Source: Deltaproteobacteria bacterium
Lineage (GTDB): Bacteria > SAR324 > NAC60-12
Length of the DNA: 15,330 bases
Direction of reading: 5' to 3'
Assembly: GCA_002683785.1 (NCBI GenBank)
Contig: NYUB01000042.1
Span: 22,080-37,409 of the forward strand
How positions within the stretch are numbered: the first letter of the stretch is position 1; each line of letters starts with the position of its first letter. The notes beneath the pieces are model-generated. The model saw only the letters and a list, made by a program, of their open reading frames with translations, was not told the DNA's origin and did no database searches. The translations under genes were made by a program, and so were the position numbers. This document shows, piece after piece, positions 1 to 6,179 of the stretch.

Positions 1-340
1 TTCCGTCATCACTGGTAGACCCTGCATGGATGCCCAATTTGGACTCGGTGTGTTCAAGCAGTTCCTCTCCACCGACTAGGCAGCAGGGGACACAAGTACA
101 GATCTGGAGGTGGTATTTACCAGGTTTCTTAAGTTTGTACATGGTGTAGAAGGAAATTACCCCTTCCACATGGGTTTCTGAAACCTCGCATACTTCCGCA
201 ACGAACTTGATCGATGCTTCACTCAGCCAACCCTCGTTTTCCTTCTGTGCAAGATGCAAGATGGGTAGCAGTGCATTCCTTTTAAAGGGGTAACGGCTAA
301 GCAGTCGTTCCAGTTCTTTTTGACCTTCTTCTGAAAACAA
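1..340 (-). CDS. NuoE-family thioredoxin-like [2Fe-2S] subunit (NADH:quinone oxidoreductase 24-kDa subunit, or HoxE/HndA-like diaphorase subunit); 3' end runs off the window
   Basis: Minus-strand translation from TTG at 340 gives MFSEEGQKELERLLSRYPFKRNALLPILHLAQKENEGWLSEASIKFVAEVCEVSETHVEGVISFYTMYKLKKPGKYHLQICTCVPCCLVGGEELLEHTESKLGIHAGSTSDDG. This has the conserved N-terminal helices, the FY motif and the first CxxxxC cluster ligands of NuoE/Nqo2-type proteins. An AGAAGGGA Shine-Dalgarno-like motif lies 4-5 nt upstream of the TTG, and there is an in-frame stop 15 codons further upstream. The ATG-initiated 64-aa ORF 223..417 in the track is the +1 frame of the same DNA and is not supported. 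Confidence 0.6.
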   Translation of the reverse strand, partial: MFSEEGQKELERLLSRYPFKRNALLPILHLAQKENEGWLSEASIKFVAEVCEVSETHVEGVISFYTMYKLKKPGKYHLQICTCVPCCLVGGEELLEHTESKLGIHAGSTSDDG

Positions 341-417
341 TTTTTCCCTTCTGGTAAAATTCCACGTAAATTCTGTGGAGACTTAGACATTAGAACCAAA
401 GGTCCAGGAAGAATCAA

Positions 418-710
418 TGAAAATCTCCTACAGCTTTGAATGCTTCTTTAATCTATTTTAAAAGCTACAAATTCACTTCTTGAGAAGAAAAAACAAAATC
501 CTTATTTATCTTTAAATTTATAGTCATTTTGCATTCATGAATTCAATATTGTCCTATAACTAATATTATTTGCGCTAAGTTGAGATAATTTTTATATCGC
601 ATGATCATTAACTCTATGTTTCATTCGTTTTTTTGCACATTCTTCTTGTGGTAATATATTTAAAATGATATTTTTATGCTTAACATTATCATCTTTATGA
701 CAGGAATTTT
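418..710. promoter_or_regulatory. Strongly AT-rich divergent promoter region between the nuoE-like gene (-) and ilvB (+)
   Basis: About 75% A+T over roughly 300 bp, flanked by about 50% GC coding sequence. It contains several TATAAT-like hexamers (for example TAATAT at about 651). An AGGA ribosome-binding site sits 7 nt before the ilvB ATG at 711. Confidence 0.35.
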
Positions 711-2420
711 ATGAACGGATCCCAGATCATCGTTGAAGCCCTTCGCAGGCATGGTGTGGAATACCTCTTTGGTTATCCCGGAGGAGCCTGCATGCCAATT
801 TTTGATGCATTGGTGGATGCCCCTGAAATCAAAATCATTTTGGTACGACATGAACAGGGAGGGACCCACATGGCAGATGGTTACGCGCGTGCCACGGGCA
901 AACCCGGGGTGGTGCTTGTCACTTCCGGACCTGGCGCCACCAACACCGTCACCGGTTTGCTGACGGCCCTGATGGACTCGGTTCCGATGGTGGTGCTAAC
1001 GGGACAGACGATCACCCCGAATCTTGGCAAGGACGCTTTCCAGGAAGCCGATGTCTTTGGAGTCACCATGCCGGTAGTCAAACACAGCTACCTGGTGCGC
1101 GAGGCCAATGATTTACCACGCATCTTGAATGAAGCTTTCCATCTCGCGACCTCCGGAAGACCCGGCCCTGTTTTGGTGGATCTTCCGAAAGACGTGGCTT
1201 CCAATGAATGCGAGACGGATTTCACCGATGAATTTCACCTGCCAGGCTATGCTCCTCCAGCACGGGGCTCAGCGGACGATCTGGAAAAAGCTGCGCAATT
1301 GATTTCCTCATCCCGCAAACCCTTATTATATGTAGGAGCAGGAGCAATCATTTCCCAGGCATCACGTCAGGTCATCGGGTTTGCCGAAAAACTTCAGGCA
1401 CCGGTCACCACCACCCTGCTCGGCAAGGGAGCTTTCCCGGAAAACCACCCGCTTTCCGTGGGCATGCTTGGCATGCATGGAACCGCTTATGCCAACAAAA
1501 CGGTTGTGGACTGCGATCTTATCATGGCCATCGGTGCACGTTGGGACGACAGAATTACCGGTAAGGTAAGTGAATTCTGCAAGGATGCGATCAAGATTCA
1601 TATCGATATCGATCCTGCCGAATTCGGAAAAATCATCGATCCTGATCTCTCGATTGCAGGGGACGCCAAACTGATTCTGGAAGATCTTATGCCACTGGTC
1701 GATAAGCTCGACAGCCAATCCTGGCTGAAACAGATTGATCGCTGGAAGAATAAATACCCGTTGAAGTTCCCCAAACGCGGGGGATTACGTGCCCAGCAAA
1801 TTCTCAAGGAACTTGACCGTCTCACAGAATCGCAGGCCATCATCACCACGGACGTCGGGCAGCATCAAATGTGGACTGCACAGTTCTGCAAAACCAATGA
1901 GGAGCGAAAATGGCTCTCGAGTGGGGGTGCGGGGACCATGGGTTATGGACTGCCTTCTGCCATCGGGGCACAGTTAGGCCGCCCCAATGATCTTGTGATT
2001 GCCGTTGTTGGAGACGGAGGATTTCAAATGACCATGCCAGAACTTGCAACAGCCGCCATACACAAACTTCCCATCAAAGTTTTGATCATCAACAACAAAT
2101 ATCTTGGAATGGTCAGGCAGTGGCAGCAACTGTTTTTTGACAACCGCGAAAGTGGTGTCGACATGATGGGCAACCCCGACTTTGTCAAAATCGGTGAAGC
2201 CTATGGGATCAAAGGCTTTCATCTCAGACGCACCGGAGATATCACCAAGGTCCTTCAAAAAGCCCTGGACTACAATGAAGGCCCGTGCATCATCGAAGCT
2301 GAAGTGGTAAAAAGCGACAACGTCTTTCCTATGATTCCTGCTGGAGCAGCTGTATCAGAAATGATCATTGAGGAACCACCTTCTGACAAAAAACTAGCAA
2401 AACCTGTAGGAAGTACCTGA
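711..2420 (+). CDS. ilvB: Acetolactate synthase (acetohydroxyacid synthase) large catalytic subunit, ThDP/FAD-dependent
   Basis: 569-aa ORF with an N-terminus typical of AHAS (MNGSQIIVEALRRHGVEYLFGYPGGACMPIFDAL). It has a ThDP-binding GDGGFQM motif and a length typical for IlvB/IlvI. It is followed 90 bp downstream by the ACT-domain small subunit. Confidence 0.93.
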   Translation: MNGSQIIVEALRRHGVEYLFGYPGGACMPIFDALVDAPEIKIILVRHEQGGTHMADGYARATGKPGVVLVTSGPGATNTVTGLLTALMDSVPMVVLTGQTITPNLGKDAFQEADVFGVTMPVVKHSYLVREANDLPRILNEAFHLATSGRPGPVLVDLPKDVASNECETDFTDEFHLPGYAPPARGSADDLEKAAQLISSSRKPLLYVGAGAIISQASRQVIGFAEKLQAPVTTTLLGKGAFPENHPLSVGMLGMHGTAYANKTVVDCDLIMAIGARWDDRITGKVSEFCKDAIKIHIDIDPAEFGKIIDPDLSIAGDAKLILEDLMPLVDKLDSQSWLKQIDRWKNKYPLKFPKRGGLRAQQILKELDRLTESQAIITTDVGQHQMWTAQFCKTNEERKWLSSGGAGTMGYGLPSAIGAQLGRPNDLVIAVVGDGGFQMTMPELATAAIHKLPIKVLIINNKYLGMVRQWQQLFFDNRESGVDMMGNPDFVKIGEAYGIKGFHLRRTGDITKVLQKALDYNEGPCIIEAEVVKSDNVFPMIPAGAAVSEMIIEEPPSDKKLAKPVGST

Positions 2421-2452
2421 ACAGCGTTTTCAAACAGCATCCTGAACATCGC
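2415..2452. repeat. Imperfect 12-bp direct repeat (a/t)CCTGAACA(g/t)CG, present twice 25 bp apart and straddling the ilvB stop codon
   Basis: Read directly from the sequence: acctgaacagcg at 2415..2426 and tcctgaacatcg at 2440..2451, in the ilvB-ilvN spacer. Confidence 0.3.
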
Positions 2453-2510
2453 ATATTATTTTTAAGTCAATTTATTAGTCATCAGCCTCAGACAATCAAA
2501 CGGATCCAAG

Positions 2511-3017
2511 ATGAAAGATACTCCCAATGAAAAAGGTTTTTCTGTCAGCCTTTTCGTCAACAATAAACCCGGGGTTTTGGTCCGGATCGCTCAAACTTTT
2601 GCGCGAAGGGGTTACAACATCGACTCTTTGGTCGTATCAAGCGCTCATGACTCAAGATATTCTCGAATCACTGTAGTCTTCCAGGGGGATCATGAAAACG
2701 TGGACCAGATTCTTAGACAATTAAACAAACTGATTGACGTGGTCCATGCCGTCCAACATGGAACTGATACTTCTGTAGATCGGGAAATGACATTATTTAA
2801 GGTAGGAGTGAAACCCGACAAAAGGGCTGAGGTTTTTCAGATCATCGATGTTTTTCGTGCAAAAACGGTAGACATCACCGATGAATCGATCATCGTTGAA
2901 ACCACAGGAAGTTCCAACAAGATCGATGCATTGGAACGCATGTTGAGTTCCATCGGTTTGCTTGAGATGGTGCGGTCTGGAAAACTAATGATGGCCCGGG
3001 GGCTTGATCCCACCTGA
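2511..3017 (+). CDS. ilvN: Acetolactate synthase small regulatory subunit (ACT domain)
   Basis: 168-aa ORF. The N-terminal ACT-domain signature (SVSLFVNNKPGVLVRIAQTFARRGYNIDSLVV) and its length match IlvN/IlvH. It sits immediately downstream of ilvB on the same strand. Confidence 0.9.
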   Translation: MKDTPNEKGFSVSLFVNNKPGVLVRIAQTFARRGYNIDSLVVSSAHDSRYSRITVVFQGDHENVDQILRQLNKLIDVVHAVQHGTDTSVDREMTLFKVGVKPDKRAEVFQIIDVFRAKTVDITDESIIVETTGSSNKIDALERMLSSIGLLEMVRSGKLMMARGLDPT

Positions 3018-3020
3018 TTC

Positions 3021-3036
3021 AAAGGTAAGCCCCTTT
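3021..3036. terminator. Weak bidirectional hairpin between the convergent ilvN and peroxiredoxin genes
   Basis: AAAGG (3021..3025) pairs with CCTTT (3032..3036), with loop TAAGCC, and is followed by T residues on the + strand and A/T residues on the - strand. The stem is only 5 bp, so confidence is low. Confidence 0.25.
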
Positions 3037-3051
3037 TAGATTTAAAACTTT

Positions 3052-3510
3052 TCAGAACAACTGTCTGCAAATTTCTGCCAGCTCGTTTGCATAACGCCGG
3101 CCCCCAGGTTCCACAGCCTCGGAATAACGGACGATCCCCTGCTTGTCGATGATCACAGTCGAGCGAATGGAGTACCCCTTTTCTTCACTGTAAACCCCAT
3201 AAGCCTTTGCCATTTGTCCTTTGGGATGCCAGTCGCTGAGAAGCGGAAAGTTCACTCCTCCCAGGGAGACTGCCCAGTTTTTGTGGGAATGTTTGGTATC
3301 AATGCTTACACCCAGAACCTGGGTGTCGAGATCCTCAAAAAGCCCTAAATTGGCTTCCAGATCAGGGATCTCCTTGCTTCAGGTACCCGTCCAATCCAAG
3401 GGATAAAAAATCAGCATCACATTTTTGTGGCCCTGAAAATCAGAAAAGGAAACCACCCCATCAGAGGTTTCCAGCGAAAAATCAGGGGCCTGGCTACCAG
3501 TTTCAATCAT
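3052..3510 (-). CDS. Selenocysteine-containing peroxiredoxin of the BCP/PrxQ (AhpC/TSA) family. The in-frame TGA at 3379..3381 (codon 44) is predicted to encode Sec at the peroxidatic position.
   Basis: The minus strand from ATG 3510 to TGA 3052 is a single 153-codon frame whose only interruption is one TGA. The conceptual product is MIETGSQAPDFSLETSDGVVSFSDFQGHKNVMLIFYPLDWTGT-U-SKEIPDLEANLGLFEDLDTQVLGVSIDTKHSHKNWAVSLGGVNFPLLSDWHPKGQMAKAYGVYSEEKGYSIRSTVIIDKQGIVRYSEAVEPGGRRYANELAEICRQLF. The TGA falls exactly where Prx proteins carry the peroxidatic Cys of the PxxxTxxC motif (compare BCP FYPKDDTPGC-TTE). Both halves show peroxiredoxin-fold conservation (APDF..L, GISxDxxxSHKxW, FPLLSD, AYGV). 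The ORF track reports only the 67-aa C-terminal fragment 3052..3255. Confidence 0.72.
3343..3367 (-). promoter_or_regulatory. Candidate bacterial SECIS-like mRNA hairpin starting 11 nt downstream of the UGA
   Basis: The mRNA reads UGA-AGCAAGGAGAU-CCCUGAUCUGGAAGCCAAUUUAGGG. CCCUGA pairs with UUAGGG (6 bp including one G-U pair). An internal loop is followed by an upper UGG/CCA stem with an AAG apical loop. Total length is 25 nt, beginning 11 nt after the UGA, which is the canonical spacing of the E. coli fdhF-type SECIS. Confidence 0.35.
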
Positions 3511-3679
3511 ATCCAACTTTTTGAAATTGTATTAATTTTGAACAATGAATGTTGAAGAAGCATTAGCATTCCTTAAGCATGGGGGATTTGCAAGATTTCC
3601 TAAAGGCATAGTTCCTACCAATCAAAACAATAGGAAAAAACAATTGGATCTGTATTTTTTCAATCGTTACGATAATGCT

Positions 3680-3694
3680 GAACTGAATCAGTTC
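3680..3694. promoter_or_regulatory. Perfect 7-1-7 palindrome GAACTGA-A-TCAGTTC, a candidate operator overlapping the rbr promoter/TSS
   Basis: Read directly from the sequence. It lies 4 nt downstream of a GATAAT -10-like hexamer (3671..3676) and 33 nt upstream of the rbr ATG. The 7-1-7 architecture matches the arrangement of Fur/PerR-family boxes, although the half-site sequence differs. Confidence 0.35.
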
Positions 3695-3726
3695 GATTAA
3701 ATCATCATTCCATTAAAAGGAGTCAA

Positions 3727-4146
3727 ATGCCTGAATTAAAAGGAACTCAAACCCACCAAAATTTAAAAGATGCTTTTGCCGGTGAATCCCAAGCCAACCG
3801 TCGCTATCTCTATTATGCAAAGCAGGCAGATGTCGAAGGATATCCGGAAATTGCTTCAAATTTCAGGGAAACTGCTGAAGGAGAGACCGGTCATGCACAT
3901 GGCCACCTGGATTACATCAAACAAGTTGGCGATCCTGCCAATGGCATGCCCATTGGAGAATCTACCGACAACTTGAAGGCTGCCATCGCCGGTGAAACTC
4001 ATGAATATACTGACATGTATCCTGGAATGGCAAAAACCGCACGTGATGAGGGCTTCAATGAAATTGCTGACTGGTTCGAAACCCTGGCAAAAGCGGAAAA
4101 ATCTCACGCCGGACGTTTTCAGCAAATGCTCGATACCATCAGCTGA
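3727..4146 (+). CDS. rbr: Rubrerythrin-family diiron peroxidase lacking the C-terminal rubredoxin domain (sulerythrin-like, 139 aa)
   Basis: All rubrerythrin diiron ligands appear in the expected spacing: E20 (ESQANRRY), E53xxH56 (EGETGHAH), E94xxE97 (GETHEY), E128xxH131 (AEKSHAG). No CxxC...CxxC rubredoxin module is present. A strong AAGGAG ribosome-binding site lies 4 nt before the ATG. Confidence 0.85.
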   Translation: MPELKGTQTHQNLKDAFAGESQANRRYLYYAKQADVEGYPEIASNFRETAEGETGHAHGHLDYIKQVGDPANGMPIGESTDNLKAAIAGETHEYTDMYPGMAKTARDEGFNEIADWFETLAKAEKSHAGRFQQMLDTIS

Positions 4147-4204
4147 TTCCCTTTAATACCGCCCTGTAACATACGGGAATCAGAAACTCTTTGATTCCCG
4201 TATG
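4143..4204 (+). promoter_or_regulatory. Pair of mutually exclusive RNA hairpins between rbr and the Fe-S protein gene (possible terminator or attenuator)
   Basis: Hairpin A pairs CTGATTCCC (4143..4151, overlapping the rbr stop) with GGGAATCAG (4175..4183). Hairpin B pairs CATACGGGAATC (4170..4181) with GATTCCCGTATG (4193..4204), a perfect 12-bp stem with an 11-nt loop. The two share the GGGAATC segment and so cannot form together. No U-tract follows hairpin B immediately (the T-run starts about 16 nt later). Confidence 0.35.
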
Positions 4205-4261
4205 ATTCTGATATAAATAGTTTATTTTGTCATAAATATAATCATTTTTTTTAAGGTATTC

Positions 4262-5620
4262 ATGGAGGCCAAAAAGGACCGGATCTCGTATCTTCCAAGC
4301 AATGGAATGAGTTATGACCCGGAAGAACCCAAGTACTGGGACAGTAGTGCCCTGAAGCAGGAAATTGATCGTGCTTATGAAATCTGCCATGGATGCCGCA
4401 TGTGTTTCAAATACTGCGATTCCTTTCCCAACCTCTTCAAATTGTTGGACGAGCAGTATGACGGGAAAGTTTCAGAATTGAAGGACATGGATATTGAACA
4501 TGTGATGGATGCCTGTTTTCAATGCAAACTATGTGAAGTTCAATGCCCCTACACGCCCCGAGACGGTCATGAGTTTCAGCTCGATTTTCCCAAGCTGGTC
4601 CACCGCTACAATGCCCAAAAAGCAAAGACACGAGAAAAGCCCTTACGCGACCGGGTTCTGGGAAACCCCGATGGGAGCGCGAAGCTGGCCCGCATGTCCT
4701 TCGGAATGGCGAACAAGATGAATCGTGTCAAAATCCATAGGGTTTTAATGGAAAAGGTACTCGGCATCCACCGTGACAAGGATCTTCCAGATTTCTGTGC
4801 GCAAACCTTTGAAAAACAGGCAGAATCCAAAGGCATGATTTCCAAGGAAAATCCAGAAACCGTATTGTTCCAAACCTGTTACGTTCAGAACAACGAACCT
4901 GAAATCGGGTTTGACACCCTCGAAGTTCTCAAACACAACGAGGTGGAATGTGGATGTGTCAAGGGCCTTCAATGCTGCGGCATGCCTTCATGGGAACAGG
5001 GAGATCTGGAAAGCCTGCGGAAACAGGCGAAGCATAATCTGGATCTGCTCATGCCTCACGTGAACCGAGGCTCGAAAATCCTCGCACTCAACCCGACCTG
5101 CTCCATGATGATGAAACGGGAATATTCTGAGTTGCTGGAGGGCAATGACCGTGAATCTGCACAAAAGCTCGCAGAAGCGGTTCAAAACCCAACAGAATAC
5201 CTCTGGGATATCCGTAAAGAGGAACGTTTTAAACGAGATTTCAAAAGCACACCTGGTCAAAAGGTCGCGTACCATGCCCCATGCCATCTGCGTACGCAAG
5301 GAGCCGGATTTCGAGGCAGAGATCTGTTGAAACTGATTCCAGATCTTAAACCTCAGTTGACCATGGAATGCTGTGGGCATGATGGAACGTATGCGATGAA
5401 AACCGAGTCCTTCGAAGCCTCGATCCGGATTGGAGAAAAAGCATTCAGCAGCATGAAAAACACCGGTGCCGAAGTCTGGGCTACCGACTGTCCACTGGCA
5501 GCAATTCAGTTTGGCCAGCATGCCGGAAGAAAACCGATGCATCCGATGAGCATCCTCGCAAGGGCTTATCAGGAGGATGGATTTCCAACCAAAATAGAGC
5601 CTTCGGAAAATAAAGAATGA
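4262..5620 (+). CDS. Iron-sulfur oxidoreductase with an N-terminal 2x[4Fe-4S] ferredoxin domain and two C-terminal CCG cysteine-rich domains (HdrD / GlpC / LutA-like)
   Basis: 452 aa. There are two CxxCxxCxxxCP motifs (CHGCRMCFKYCDSFP; CFQCKLCEVQCPYTP). Two CCG motifs follow (ECGCVKGLQCCGMP; MECCGHDGTY). An AAGG ribosome-binding site lies 8 nt upstream. The stop overlaps the next gene's start in an ATGA arrangement. Confidence 0.85.
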   Translation: MEAKKDRISYLPSNGMSYDPEEPKYWDSSALKQEIDRAYEICHGCRMCFKYCDSFPNLFKLLDEQYDGKVSELKDMDIEHVMDACFQCKLCEVQCPYTPRDGHEFQLDFPKLVHRYNAQKAKTREKPLRDRVLGNPDGSAKLARMSFGMANKMNRVKIHRVLMEKVLGIHRDKDLPDFCAQTFEKQAESKGMISKENPETVLFQTCYVQNNEPEIGFDTLEVLKHNEVECGCVKGLQCCGMPSWEQGDLESLRKQAKHNLDLLMPHVNRGSKILALNPTCSMMMKREYSELLEGNDRESAQKLAEAVQNPTEYLWDIRKEERFKRDFKSTPGQKVAYHAPCHLRTQGAGFRGRDLLKLIPDLKPQLTMECCGHDGTYAMKTESFEASIRIGEKAFSSMKNTGAEVWATDCPLAAIQFGQHAGRKPMHPMSILARAYQEDGFPTKIEPSENKE

Positions 5621-6171
5621 AACCTGTCCAACGTGAAGAAATCCTGGATTACGTCACCTATGGTGAAAAGAGGAATGAAATCCAGCTTTCGGTCTTGAAG
5701 CAAAAAGAACCAAGAAGAATCCATCTCGGAGAATACCTGACCTTCCTTTTCGAAAACACGGAAACGATCCGTTACCAGATTCAGGAAATGATGCGGGTCG
5801 AACAGATCGTCAAGGAAGAGGCGATCCAGCATGAAATAAAAACCTACAACGAATTGATTGGTGAGGAAGGAGAACTCGGATGCGTGCTCCTGATCGAAAT
5901 TGCAGATGCTCAAATCCGACCACAGAAACTCCGAGAATGGCTGGGACTTCAGGAAAAAATTTACCTGGTCCTCGATTCAGGAGAACGGGTTTATGCCGAG
6001 TGGGATAAACGTCAGATCGATGATGAAAAACTATCTTCGGTACAGTATCTCAAATTTGACACTTCAGGCAGAACACCCAAAGGGATTGGTGTGGATCATC
6101 CCGAATTGAAGTGCGAAATGGATCTGTCCAAGGAACAAAGAGGAGCCCTGAACCACGATCTTCAGGGATAA
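5617..6171 (+). CDS. DUF3501-like protein (uncharacterised family usually encoded next to HdrD/GlpC-like Fe-S proteins); family assignment from memory
   Basis: 184-aa ORF translationally coupled (ATGA overlap) to the upstream CCG-domain Fe-S protein. Its size and the conserved-looking core (LGCVLLIEIADAQIRPQKLREWLGLQEKIYLVLDSGERVYAEWD) fit my recollection of DUF3501. An HMM search is needed to confirm. Confidence 0.6.
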   Translation: MKPVQREEILDYVTYGEKRNEIQLSVLKQKEPRRIHLGEYLTFLFENTETIRYQIQEMMRVEQIVKEEAIQHEIKTYNELIGEEGELGCVLLIEIADAQIRPQKLREWLGLQEKIYLVLDSGERVYAEWDKRQIDDEKLSSVQYLKFDTSGRTPKGIGVDHPELKCEMDLSKEQRGALNHDLQG

Positions 6172-6179
6172 ATTATTGG

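Noticed and set aside
223-417. ATG-initiated 64-aa ORF (MILPGPLVLMSKSPQN...) on the minus strand
   Set aside because: It is the +1 frame of the nuoE-like N-terminus. The NuoE-homologous frame starts at TTG 340 with a Shine-Dalgarno-like motif, and the 64-aa product has no recognisable features.
601-654. Phe-rich 17-aa small ORF (MIINSMFHSFFCTFFLW) in the AT-rich region upstream of ilvB
   Set aside because: TTT/TTC codons are expected by chance in 75% AT DNA. There is no Shine-Dalgarno sequence, and Phe is not the regulatory amino acid for ilvBN.
3014-3020. Recurrent TGATTCA/TGAATCA heptamers (also at about 3684, 4144, 6771, 9114 and 11954) near gene ends and starts
   Set aside because: It is an AT-rich heptamer, and five or six copies in 15 kb on both strands is not far above expectation. 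Several copies simply contain stop (TGA) or start (ATG-A) contexts. Only the copy embedded in the 15-bp palindrome at 3680..3694 is considered meaningful.
4988-5542. 184-aa antisense ORF inside the Fe-S protein gene; similar long antisense ORFs exist at 6111..6593 (antisense to sco1), 8313..8993 (antisense to map), 13189..13923 (antisense to rsgA) and 14314..15099 (antisense to the ntrC-like gene)
   Set aside because: All lie entirely within well-supported, conserved genes on the opposite strand. They have no start-site signals and encode low-complexity Arg/Ser/Pro-rich products typical of frame-shadow ORFs.
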